In this document: in pieces, positions 1-10,239 of the stretch
Layout: each line of letters begins with the position of its first letter
Numbering within the stretch: position 1 is the stretch's first letter
The notes under the pieces: model-generated
Seen by the model: only the letters and a program-made list of their open reading frames with translations
Told to the model about the DNA's origin: nothing
Databases searched by the model: none
Assembly: GCA_025558095.1 (NCBI GenBank)
Contig: JAIVFI010000018.1
Coordinates: 310,001 to 374,000, forward strand
Length of the DNA: 64,000 nt
Reading direction: 5' to 3'
Origin: Hyaloraphidium curvatum SAG 235-1
Taxonomy: Eukaryota > Fungi > Monoblepharomycota
Translations under genes and position numbers: made by a program

Positions 1-1098
1 GTAGTTGCTGCCCAGCACGCGCCTGCACACCGACTGCTCCGGCGGCGGCGGGAACAGGAAGCCAATGTCCCTGCCCACGGTCCAGGTCCACAGGTCGATC
101 AGACCGTACTCGGTGGGCGGGTGGGTGTAGCCGTCGGTCGAGATGCCGCGGCCGTAGATGGCGGTGGCGCCCGCGGCGGCCAGCTGCGAGCCCTGGATGC
201 GCGGCGCGGGCTTGCCGCACACGGTCTGGGTGAAGCCGAAGGTGAGGAAGCCGACGAGGGTGCAGAGGAGGAGGATGATGATGCACAGGGCGACCTTTTC
301 GCGCCAGGCGTCCTGCTGGTCGCGGGTCTTTATGCCGCAGCACGAGAGCAGCGGCCGCACGGCCCAGAAGGTGAGCACCAGCACGGTGACGCGCCACCAG
401 TTCCACGGGCGGCGCGGCGGCTCGGCGACGGGCTGCGGCACGGTGGCGGTGGTCTTTGATGCCCCGCGCGGGGGGGCGGCGTCGTTCGAGAGGGGCACGG
501 GCTCCAGGATGCCCGCGGGACGCGAGCCGACGGCCGCCGCCGCAGCGGCGGCGCCCATCGGCACCAGCTGCGGCTGCGGGGGCGCCACGGTGAACTGCGA
601 GGGCACGGCCATCGACAGCGGCCGGGGCGCGGCCACCTCGGGCACGGGGCCGCCGGCGAACGACGGCGACGGCTCAGCGATGACGAACTCCGTGGGGCCG
701 TCCGACAGCACGGCGTGCGGCTGGCCGGGCACGGGCGGGCGGCGGTCCGAGGGCGCGCGCTCGTACTTGACGAGCGACTTGCCGCGGCGCGGCAGCGCGT
801 CCGCGGGGGCGTCCACGCCGGCCTCTGCGGCGGCCAGCGCGACGTCCGACGGCGCGCGCGGCCGTGCGGAGGCCGACGGCGTGCGCTGCAGCGCCGAGTC
901 CCTGCGCGGCGGCACCGTGCCGTGCGGCGGCGGGGGGGGCGGCGGGGCCCCGGGCGGCGGCATCGCGGGCGGCGCGGCCGCGGCAGGGGACGGCGCGCCC
1001 GCGCCGCCGACGGTCTGCGACCGCCGGTACGTCCGCGGAGGCGGCACGATGGCGGGCGGTTGCCCGCTCGGTGCGGGCGGCGGCTTCGCCCCGCTCAT
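1..1098 (-). CDS. Chitin synthase, class IV/Chs3-like, 5' part (runs off the window start)
   Basis: Open minus frame from ATG 1098 to position 1, missing from the ORF track. Pro/Ala-rich N-terminus, then WNWWRVTVLVLTFWAV...QQDAWREKVALCIIILLLCTLVGFLTFGFTQTVCG, the AWREK-TM signature of division-2 (class IV) chitin synthases. Confidence 0.85.
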   Translation of the reverse strand, partial: MSGAKPPPAPSGQPPAIVPPPRTYRRSQTVGGAGAPSPAAAAPPAMPPPGAPPPPPPPHGTVPPRRDSALQRTPSASARPRAPSDVALAAAEAGVDAPADALPRRGKSLVKYERAPSDRRPPVPGQPHAVLSDGPTEFVIAEPSPSFAGGPVPEVAAPRPLSMAVPSQFTVAPPQPQLVPMGAAAAAAAVGSRPAGILEPVPLSNDAAPPRGASKTTATVPQPVAEPPRRPWNWWRVTVLVLTFWAVRPLLSCCGIKTRDQQDAWREKVALCIIILLLCTLVGFLTFGFTQTVCGKPAPRIQGSQLAAAGATAIYGRGISTDGYTHPPTEYGLIDLWTWTVGRDIGFLFPPPPEQSVCRRVLGSNY

Positions 1099-1890
1099 CG
1101 GGGCGCCCGGTCGTCCGAGAACCGCTGAAGGGGATCCGCGGCGGGCACAGGCGGCGCCCTACTGGCGAGGCCCGGATAAGTGGGCCGGCGCCGAGGTGCG
1201 GGCAGGAAGGAGATGCAGGGCCGCAGGGGGCGGTTGTTCTCTTTTCGGCGAAGAGGCCCCGACTCAGCCCACTTCCGCTCGTTCGGGTCGAGCTCGCGAA
1301 CCCCGGCCTACACACATCTCCCTGGCATCTCCATCTAATCGCAACACACAGCTGATGCCTGTATTGACCATGAGGAGCTGTCTGTCGTTTTGGGGGAGGG
1401 GATCGGTGCCCTCAGCACGCCGCCTTCCATTCTGATCACTCCCCCTCCGTACGACATTGCATTGCCGCACCCGTGCGGCAGGCTCCAAGCGCATGCGGCT
1501 TCTCCGGGCCGTTGTAGCCCTGATCGCAGGCATGGACGGGCGGGATGCGGTCCAGGCGCCGGACCGATCGCAGGACCGGGGGTGAGCTCGAGGGGCCGTC
1601 TTCGGCACGGACAAAACACTCCTTCGGCCCTGGTCCGTACTAGTGCGAATGCGAAAGGAATGCACATATTGCTACGGTCAGTCCCTCGGTCAAGCCTTCC
1701 TGTCGGTCCCCGTGTCACGTGCACCCCTTCGTGCGCCCCACCCGGCGGCATTCCGTGTCCGCCGTGCACTGCTTCCGTTTCGAAAGCCGCACTGCCCAAT
1801 CCTGCTTATCTCCCGTGCCAGCAGCCACTTCCTTGCCCTCAGCATAGAATCGGTACGGGTTCTCGATCCAGCAGCCGTCTGCCAGTCAGC

Positions 1891-2290
1891 CTACTTGGCC
1901 CCGTAGCGCCCCAGTCCCCTCAGGATGGCCTGGAACTCCTCCCTCACGGTCTTTTCCTTGTGATCCAGCAGGAAGTTGAACGCGTACATCTGCCCCGCGG
2001 CCTGCACCTCGGGCGTCTCCAGCGGCCCCCAGTCCAGCGCGCCCGCGAACGCCTCGGGGTGCCGCGCCTCGTACTGCCGCACGGCGCGCAGGTCCGCCTC
2101 GTTGATCAGCGCCCTCTGCGCTCCCGCGAGCGAGACCACCGCGTTCTGCTTTCCGAGCTTGCGCACGATTTTGAAGGCGGCCTGCATGTCGGGCGCCGCG
2201 GGCGGGGCCGGCGTGCAGTGCTTCTTGTGTTCCGGCCAGCGCGCGACCTGGCATTCCCGCGAGTAGTAGGTCTCGAGGCGGCAGCGCGCT
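1891..2290 (-). pseudogene. MYND zinc-finger protein fragment, 5'-truncated or degenerate
   Basis: The frame of ORF 1891..2187 extends upstream as ARCRLETYYSRECQVARWPEHKKHC, the C-terminal half of a MYND finger with YYS in place of YCS. No in-frame ATG lies upstream and the first CxxC is missing. It abuts the divergent gene at 2364. Confidence 0.5.
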
Positions 2291-2363
2291 GGCGGGGACG
2301 ACCGCTGCAGGCTGCAGCTCGATCCGATCGCACGACGATCATCGAGTTGCCACCCCGGACGCG

Positions 2364-4032
2364 ATGGAGGAGGAAGCTCCGGCGACGCCTCCGCATGCTG
2401 TTGTTCCGGCCCCGCTCAATTTTTCCGCTTCTGAATGGACGGCGCTCTTCCCGGCGGCGGGCGAGCCCGGACAGCTTCCCCTCCCGGGCCCCGAGGCCCC
2501 GCCGCTCGCCGTGCTTTCGCCGCCCGCCCCCGCGTCCGCCGACCACTCGGTGCTCGATGCACAGACGGCCATCGCCGTGCTCGTCAGGACAAGCCCGGCC
2601 CTGGGCCGTGCGTTGCGCGCACAGCTCGTCGCGGGGCGCCTCGCGAAGCGGTTCTTTGCGGGTTTGACGGCAGTGGTGCTCCTGCTGCAGCTTTCGACCT
2701 GGGCCGTCGTCGGAGTGTACGGTGGCGGCATTTTCACGTCCCAGGCCCTGGCATTCGGAGCCGCTGCAATGGTCGTGGCGAGCTGCTACGCCGTCTCCAC
2801 GGTCCTGCGCAGCCGCTACACCAGGCAGTTTGTCCACCGCGGACTGGACGGACATCCCGTGGCGGAGCTTGTGCGATGGCAAGAGGCCCTGGAAGAGCGA
2901 GAGCGCGAACGGGGAGATTCGAAGAGCGCCCCGGCGGCGGATGCGTGGGCGCTCCTCGACCACGATGCGAACGACGATGCCTGCCCGTGTTCCTCCGCAT
3001 CCTGCGCCGGCAGAACCGCATCCCGTGCTGCAGTCCTGCGATGGGCAGATTTCGTGATCCGGTTTCTGTGGATGGGTTTCACGTGGTGCGTTGCCCCGAC
3101 CTGGACCGCGCTCGTCACCCTGCGATCCTCCACGTGGACTTCACTTTGGGCGGCGCTGCTTTGCGTCCTTGCTGGTGGGAAAGCTTCCCATTCTGTCCTT
3201 CGGGACCCCGTCGCTAACCCTTGGCGGCCCGCGGCAGTCGTTTTGGGGCTCCTGCTCGTTTTGGTGATACTGCTGGGACGCTTCGCGGACAACCTGCCCC
3301 TCTTGCGGCTGTCGTACCGATTGCGCCACCGGGCGATGGTGCTGGCGCTGGCCGACGTCATCAGGGCCTACCAGCTGGCGCTTGACGACCCCGACCCGTC
3401 GTCCCCGGCGGTGCTGGCGGTGCTCGAGCGCCGTGAGATCTATGAGGTGGGCTTCCAGCGCCGCACCTGCTCTGGTAGTTTGCTGCCTACTCACCGCCGT
3501 GCTCGCCCTCCAGTTCCTCGATCTGAGGCTGATTCCCGACTTCCGCAGCAAGGTGGTCCATCACCTCGCATCCGGCGGTGCCTCGTCGATCGTGTTTGCC
3601 GCGCTCTTCTACGGAATCGCGGCCACCATGACGGCCGTATCGGGCGGCTGCATTCCCGTGTACCAGCCAACGTTCTTTCTCTACGTCCTGTTCCTGTACG
3701 TCATCGACCTCGCGAACATGGCCGCATCCAACTCCCAGGCCGACACTTTCGCCGCGCTGCACTTGTCGGCCCTCGGCCGCATCCGGGGGATGCTCCTACG
3801 CCGCCCCGCCGGGGACCCCGTCGCCGCGCGGCTGGCGCAGCATGCCGAGGTGCTCAAGGGCTTCGCCGAGGACGCTTCGAGGGCACGGGCGAGGCTATTT
3901 GGCGTCGCGGTGGACGGGGCGATCGTGAGGACTTTTGCCGTCACGGTCTTCACCGTCCTCGTGGGGTTGTGGACTGTGGTGAGGAGCGCTGGCGTGGTCT
4001 TTACCATGGACGTCGCATGCGCATCTAGATAG
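2364..4032 (+). CDS. Orphan polytopic membrane protein (about 7 TM), possibly gustatory-receptor-like (7TMIC/DUF3537-like)
   Basis: ORF 2364 joins ORF 3382..4032 through a GT-AG intron at 3447-3513 (phase 0). A probable in-frame intron lies at 3175-3237. Seven hydrophobic segments; C-terminus ARLFGVAVDGAIVRTFAVTVFTVLVGLW. Confidence 0.7.
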
Positions 4033-4595
4033 CTTGCAGGCTGGACAGACAGACCTTCGGCCGATTTGGCAGCGGCAGAGGAATAGATTGGGCGATTCTC
4101 CTTCATTGAAAAGTTTCTCATCATTTTCTACGCTTCGCAACCGTCGATCGGTGCCTCCATCTGCAACGCGGACTGGACATTGGACTCGGCTAGTGAGAGA
4201 TGTCAAAGTGTCAGATTGCTTTTGCTTACAGATTGCTTTTGCTTATGTTACACAATGTCATGCTGTGGCTCATGTTTGTTCGCTCGGATCAGTTAGGCAG
4301 GCTTCGCCATCTGCCCGACCGCAGACCCGGGGGTGGCCAGTCCCCGGATCCGCGGCCGAGCTTCCGGCTCCGCCCAACCTCGCCCACCTTTGCGACTCCT
4401 TCCTTCATGCCCTTGCGGGACCGCCCCGGCGACGCGGATCCGCGCCAGGGCTTCTGCTGAAGACGTGTTGCCGTGCCATGAGGCCCGGCATCCCAATGAA
4501 GTACGAAGACATCTGCGTCCCCCGGCGGAGGTCCGCCGAGAGGCTCCTTCGTGCCCGGCCGCGCAGGTCTCGCGCCGGGCTCCACCAGTCCTCCC

Positions 4596-5861
4596 TCACT
4601 GCGCGCTCTGCGCACCCTGCGACCGACCAAACCGCCTCAAGGAAGACAGCCTCCCCAGGGAAGGGGCCGGGCGGGAGGTGTGGGGCCCTTTGAACCATCC
4701 CACCTCCTCCGCGCCCGTGCTGCCGGCATGCGGCTCCATCGTGTCCGCATCCGGCAGTCCCATCAGCGTGTCCTCCATTGAATCGGTCGGTGTCGATGGG
4801 GACAGGTCGTCAGAGGACCTGCCCCTCAGGGTGTCCGAGTCGGCTTCCGAGCCATAGACCGACAGCTTGTCGTCGCCCGCCCCGGCTTCCGCCTGGGCTT
4901 GCACGGCGGGCGGGCCGACGACCAGCTGCATCTCCTCCGAGGCGCTGTCCCAGGCTCCCGAATCGGTTTGCACGAGGGACGAGGCGCTCCCGGCGGCGAT
5001 CTTGCCCTCCCAGAACTGCAGGCGCTCGGCAAAGGTGGTCTTCCCGATGCCGATGGAGGCGCGGTCCTGCGGCGCGGCCACATCCTCGGGCTGCGCGGGC
5101 ATCCCGGCTTCCCCATGGGCTTGCACGGAAGATGCTTCGCTGACGAGCTCGAAGGCATCATCGGGCTTCTCGGAGGCGTCGAGGGTCCCGTCCGTGGCAG
5201 GCACGCCGGCTTCCTCGAGGGCTTGCACGGCGGCCTGCCCGACGGGCTCCTGCTCGACGAACTCCTGCTGCGCAGGCTCCGGCTCAAGGCCTTCCAGCCC
5301 GTCCACGAGCAGCGCCAGCTGCCTGACGGCTTCGGCGCTCGAGCCCGCGAGCTTGACCACCTTCTGCACCGAGACGCCGGCCTTTTTGAGGAGCCAAACG
5401 GCTTCGTAGGTCTTGACCTCCTTGTCCAACTGCGCCTGGATGAAGTCGGCGTCGCAGCCAATCGTGCTCATGAGGGCCACGAGCGACATCGGAGGCCCCT
5501 GGCCGTGGAAGTCGCGGATGTCCTCGGCGAGGGCGACCGCCCGTGTGCGCGGGTACGGAGCACCGCCGGTGACGGCGAGAGTGTCCACGGGGGAGGGGCT
5601 GGGCTCCGGTGCCGGGGGGGCGGGGGCGGGCAGGGCGGGACCGACCGGCACGACGAGCGGCGGCGCGCGGTCGAAGCCGCTCTCCGCCGCCGACATCCGC
5701 CCGCCGATCGGGGCGAGCTTGGCCCAAAGCGTTCGGGAGGCGGTGTGGGCGGCCGGCGCGGGGGCGTCCGGGCGCCGGGCGAGCGCGGCCGTGGTGCGGG
5801 CCCACCAGCGGCGCACACCGCCGAACGCGCGGCCCATGTGCGAGCGGCCGTCGCCAGACAT
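4596..5861 (-). CDS. Hypothetical low-complexity acidic/Ala-rich protein
   Basis: Long ORF (MSGDGRSHMG...) with GC-rich third positions and an upstream TATA box. No recognisable domain; the 3' end may be spliced. Confidence 0.5.
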   Translation of the reverse strand: MSGDGRSHMGRAFGGVRRWWARTTAALARRPDAPAPAAHTASRTLWAKLAPIGGRMSAAESGFDRAPPLVVPVGPALPAPAPPAPEPSPSPVDTLAVTGGAPYPRTRAVALAEDIRDFHGQGPPMSLVALMSTIGCDADFIQAQLDKEVKTYEAVWLLKKAGVSVQKVVKLAGSSAEAVRQLALLVDGLEGLEPEPAQQEFVEQEPVGQAAVQALEEAGVPATDGTLDASEKPDDAFELVSEASSVQAHGEAGMPAQPEDVAAPQDRASIGIGKTTFAERLQFWEGKIAAGSASSLVQTDSGAWDSASEEMQLVVGPPAVQAQAEAGAGDDKLSVYGSEADSDTLRGRSSDDLSPSTPTDSMEDTLMGLPDADTMEPHAGSTGAEEVGWFKGPHTSRPAPSLGRLSSLRRFGRSQGAQSAQ

Positions 5862-5970
5862 GCTTGCCAGCGTCAGGGTATGTAGCGGCAGCAGGCGGCG
5901 GCGGCGGCGGCGATGGCGGCGGGGCGTGATGACACGAGGTGTCTGTGCCCAAACAATGGCGGCGCCCCTG

Positions 5971-5980
5971 CCTTTTATAG
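5971..5980 (-). promoter_or_regulatory. TATA box (CTATAAAAGG)
   Basis: Canonical TATAAAAG about 110 bp upstream of the ATG at 5861, in otherwise very GC-rich DNA. Confidence 0.5.
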
Positions 5981-7347
5981 TCGCGGCTGGCTGGGAACCT
6001 TCGGCGGCCCCCCCACGCGCTCCCTCCCGGCCGATCGGAGCCGCTCCGCGCAAGTAGCAAGTCAAGACCGAGATGCAGCCGGTCCGGGGGTCGCAGAGCC
6101 CCGGCGACGACTTTGAAAATCGGCTCCGAGCACAGCCAAGGCACCTCCATTGTTTGGGTCAATCACCCCGCGGGTGACCGCGGCGATGGAGGCCCGCGAG
6201 CACCCGCATGCACCGCTGACGCGTCGCCCCCGCACCGCGCTCCCCGCCGCCGGCGGCGCCGGGCCCGGAAACGGCGCGTCCGGAGTTCCAACCCGACTCG
6301 TTGACCCGCGCTGCATTTTCTCCACCACGCGGCATTAAGCCGGCAGCTCCACTCCGGCCGCTCTCGTCGAATGTTTTGAAGGCCGCGGGACGGCTGGGAG
6401 GTCGAATCACCGCGGCCCCGGCCCAAGGCGCACCGTCACCGCTCGGGGCACCCCCGCACGCGCTCACCCGTCGCCTGCTGCTATGAGCCCCGTCGCCCCA
6501 GTTTTGCCGGCATCTCCCAGCTGCGGGCTCCGCGCGCCGAGCGTTCGCGGGACCGCGGACGGCCGGCCCGCTCGCCCGACCCAATCCCGATGCTCCTCCC
6601 GTCCGGCGCCATCCCCGGACCACCAAGCTCGGACGACGCCAGCAGGAAGGCTTCCATGGTCGCCCGCAATCGTTTACACGCGGCTGCACCGGCGGCCTCT
6701 GTTTCGGCGGCACCGCGTGTCTGCCCGCTCCCGGAACCCGTTAACACGCTCCCCGCGGGTCCCCTGCGTGCAGCGACGGGCCCCGCGATCCCTCCCGCCC
6801 GGGGCAGGCAGGCGGACGCCGGGGCAGCCGGGTGCGGACCGAAGAGCCGGAGGTCCCCGGCGTGTTTGCAAAGCCGGGCTGGTGGAGCTTCCGCGGAAGA
6901 GGTGCTCACGGGCGGGCGAATTCCGGCGCAGCAGACAGGTGGAAGCGGACGGTGCGCTATCTGCTACTTCTAAGGACTCGGGCCCATGGATTCTCTGTCT
7001 CGGTTGGGAGCGTTGCTGACCAATTGGAGGTTCGGAGCCTGACACTTCAAGGACGCTCAACTCGGCCTTCTCCGAGCGAAAGCTGCAAAATATTAATCAA
7101 ATGAAGGATGCAAATCTTGCTTATATGCTCCCTCTTTGTTGCCACGGTGGTGTACGACGTCGGAGGTGGGCGCTTTGCGGGGAGAAAGAGACTCTTCGAG
7201 CCGCGCACACAGTAACTCGACGTAGAGAGGCACTGCTACCTGCATCGCGAATAGGAACGGCTAGTGCACCGGTGCAGTTGATAGCACAAGACAATGAATC
7301 GCATCTACATTCGCAGCACCTGCGCTCGCACCAGTCGCACCATGTCC

Positions 7348-8226
7348 TCAGACGATGACGAGTCTGTTGTGCCCTCCGCCCCTGACCTCCTTGAGCCTGC
7401 CCGTGGTCCTCAGTATCGCCAGCACCGTCTTGCCCGCCGGATCGTTGCGCGTCCTCCCCTTTGACGTGTCCCGCACCTCGCCCTCGGTCACGAAGCACCT
7501 GTCGCGGGTCTCCGGGCGCTCCTGGTCCCGGTACGCGACGGCGCGGTCGCGCTGCGCCTTGGAGAGGGACTTGGCGGGGAGTTTCAGGAGGGTGTACTTG
7601 TCGGCCACGAGGGCGTTGAGCTCGTCGATGCTCTGGTTGAGCCTTGGTGGGGGAAGTGTTTGTCGGCGACAAGTACTGGCTCGAAAAGCAACCCACTTCT
7701 CCCTCGTCATCCGCCCGATAATGTACTTTGGCAGCAGGGCAAACTCCGCCTCGGTCAGGTGGTCGATCCTGTCCTTGCGCTCCTCCCGCGGCGGCCTGGC
7801 CACGCTGGGCAGAACGGCAAACTTTGAGCCCTTCCTGCCCTCGACGGCCCTGCGCGAATTCGGGTCCTCGTTCTCCGCCTTTGCGCTCTCCCCCTTTGCG
7901 CCCTTGCCCTTCTTTTTCGCGGGCTCGGGCGGCCGCAGCTCGGCGGGCGCGCCGGCCAGCATGTGCTCCAGCAGCGCGGCCTGCGCGTCCAGCCGCGCCT
8001 GCAGGCCCTCCGCGGCGCGCAGGCACGCGGTCTCCTCGTCCAGCGCGGCGCGCAGCTCTGCGGCGCGGACCTCTGCGCGCGCGACGGCGGCGAGGAAGGC
8101 GGCGGCGGCGTGCGCCTCGGGCGGGTCGGCGGGGCCGGGCTCGGCGGGCGCGGCGACGTGCTGCAGCGTGAGCATGTCGGCCAGCTCGGCAATCTCCGAG
8201 ACGAGCGTGGCGAGCACCGCGTCCAT
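7348..8226 (-). CDS. SKA1: Spindle and kinetochore-associated protein 1
   Basis: N-terminal coiled coil plus the microtubule-binding domain HLTEAEFALLPKYIIGRMTREKLNQSIDELN...KYTLL...FVTEGE...LAILRTTGRLKEVRGGG. In-frame GT-AG intron at 7643-7696. Confidence 0.88.
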   Translation of the reverse strand: MDAVLATLVSEIAELADMLTLQHVAAPAEPGPADPPEAHAAAAFLAAVARAEVRAAELRAALDEETACLRAAEGLQARLDAQAALLEHMLAGAPAELRPPEPAKKKGKGAKGESAKAENEDPNSRRAVEGRKGSKFAVLPSVARPPREERKDRIDHLTEAEFALLPKYIIGRMTREKWVAFRASTCRRQTLPPPRLNQSIDELNALVADKYTLLKLPAKSLSKAQRDRAVAYRDQERPETRDRCFVTEGEVRDTSKGRTRNDPAGKTVLAILRTTGRLKEVRGGGHNRLVIV

Positions 8227-8463
8227 GGCGGGCGAGCAGCGGGATTCAGAATTCAGCGTGTTTTCAAGGCCGCGTGCGTTTTTCAAGGCCGAATATTTCC
8301 CGTATCAACTGGTCTTTGATCTGCGATCGATCAGTTTTGTCGCCCAGGTGGAACAGGCCCGTCGAGGACCGGCTGCCACCCGTGCTCGCCCGATGGCCGC
8401 GTTCAGCCCTCCAATAAGCGCATCGTAGCTTCTGAGTGGGACTTTGGGGCCGCGGAGGCCGCG

Positions 8464-10169
8464 ATGCCGCAGCAGGGCGCGCCGCTGTTCGGCGCCCTGC
8501 GCGGGTTGCTACCGGGAGGGCGGCGCCCTTCTTCGCCCTCCGCACCGACTGGGTTGGCAGGCGGGCTGCCGGGACAGGCGATGGCGTCGGGTGTGGGCGA
8601 TCCGGGCCCGCCGCCGGCCCCGCCGCCCGCCCGCGCGGAGTCCCCGCCATCCGCCGCGCCGAACCCAAACTGGGCGATGGCCGTGCCTCCGACTGCGGAG
8701 GCGTCTTCCGCCTTCGCACCTCGCGAGGCGTCTCCCGCCTCGCCGTCTCCCGTCTCGCCGCCGTCCGGCACGCCCCCGCCCGGCAACTTCCTGCCCGCCG
8801 CCGCCTCGAACGGCATCGCGCGCCGCTACATCGCCACGCCGACCATGCTCGGCCACGGCGCCTGGGGCTCCGTGCGGCTGGTCCTGCGCGTGGCGGACGG
8901 TGCCCGCTTCGCGCTGAAGGAGTTCAAGCGCAAGCCGGCGGACGACGAGGTCGAGGACCGCTACGAGCGCCGCTGCGCCTTCGAGTTCCACGCTCTGACG
9001 CTGCTGCGGCATCCGAACATCGCGCGGGCGTTCGAGTTCGAGTACGATCCGAACCTGCGCGCGGCCGCGATGGTGATGGAGATCGTGACGGGCGGCGACC
9101 TCTACACGGCCATCTCGACAAACACGCTCACGAACCCGCGCGAGATCGACTGCCTCTTCGTGCAGATGGTCCGCGCCGTGGCGTACATGCACGCGCGCGG
9201 CATCGCGCACAGGGACCTGAAGCCCGAGAACATGCTGTGGGACCCCGCAACGTGGTGCCTGAAGCTCATCGACTTTGGCTCCGCCGAGGCGTTTGCCGCG
9301 CCCCTGCCCGAGAGCGGACCGTGGGACCCGGAGCTGCACAGGCTGCAGTTCGGGTCAGTGGGGGACCCAGCGCAGCCGGACACGGTGGTGGCGGGCGGTC
9401 GCGCGATAAAGCTGTCGCGAAATGTGGTCGGGAGCGCGCCGTACATCGCGCCGGAGGAGTTTCTGGGGGAGGGCTACGATGCCAGGGGTGCCGACGTGTG
9501 GGCCTGCGCCATCATCTACTTGGTCCGTGTTCGTCGCGGCCGCCTCTTGATGACTGACTCTGACGGAAACGCCACTCACCAACAGGCCATGTGCACGCGC
9601 AAGTTCCCCTGGCAGTGCGCCATAAAGTCGGACGCGCGATACGTCCGGTACATGACGCTACAGTACCTCCCAGTGCTCGGCCGGCTGCCGCAGGCGAGCA
9701 GGAAGATCATTTCCAGGATGCTGCAGCCCGAGCCGGCGAAGCGGGCGACCCTGGACGAGGTCATGTCGGACTGGTGCGTTGCGCTGCCGCGAAGGAGTCC
9801 GTATCCGACTAACCGATCGACGGTCCATCGAACAGGTGGTTCCGCCACATCGACGCCTGCCTCCCCGCCCCGGACGGCCGCTCGCGCAAGCACGACCACC
9901 TCGCCTTTGCCCACGCCCAGGAGCTCAAGCGCGCCGCCGCCGCAGCGGCCGCGCCGCAATCCCCCTCCACGGCCGCGCAACCCTCCCCCCCGGCACCGGG
10001 TCCGCCTTCTCCCGCCCCACCCTCTCCGATGCCGGGCCTCAAACCCATGTTTCCGCCGCACACCGCCTCCGCCGCTCCCCCGCGGGACTCGGACGACGAA
10101 ACCACCCTCAATCACCCGCCACGTCACCACTCCAACGGAACCAGCACCTCGACGGGGACGGGCGACTAG
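8464..10169 (+). CDS. Ser/Thr protein kinase, HAL4/SAT4/NPR1-like family
   Basis: Motifs GHGAWGSV, ALKEF, AHRDLKPEN, DFG, GSAPYIAPEEF and DVWACAIIY. Introns at 9523-9585 and 9774-9835; the spliced frame ends ...TGTGD* at 10169. Confidence 0.9.
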
Positions 10170-10239
10170 CTCCGTGCACCTTCGCGCGATATCCATGTTC
10201 AGAATACCCACGATACACGTCCGCGCGGCACGAACCCGC

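Noticed and set aside
158-1435. 425-aa plus-strand ORF and many similar long ORFs (e.g. 7355..8428, 12270..13514, 35955..37505, 40666..42147, 43394..44890)
   Set aside because: These are antisense or off-frame shadows of real genes caused by high GC, with no domain signatures.
6060-7340. Short ORFs in the 1.3-kb intergenic region
   Set aside because: Low-complexity Arg/Pro/Ala translations with no motif or consistent splice pattern.
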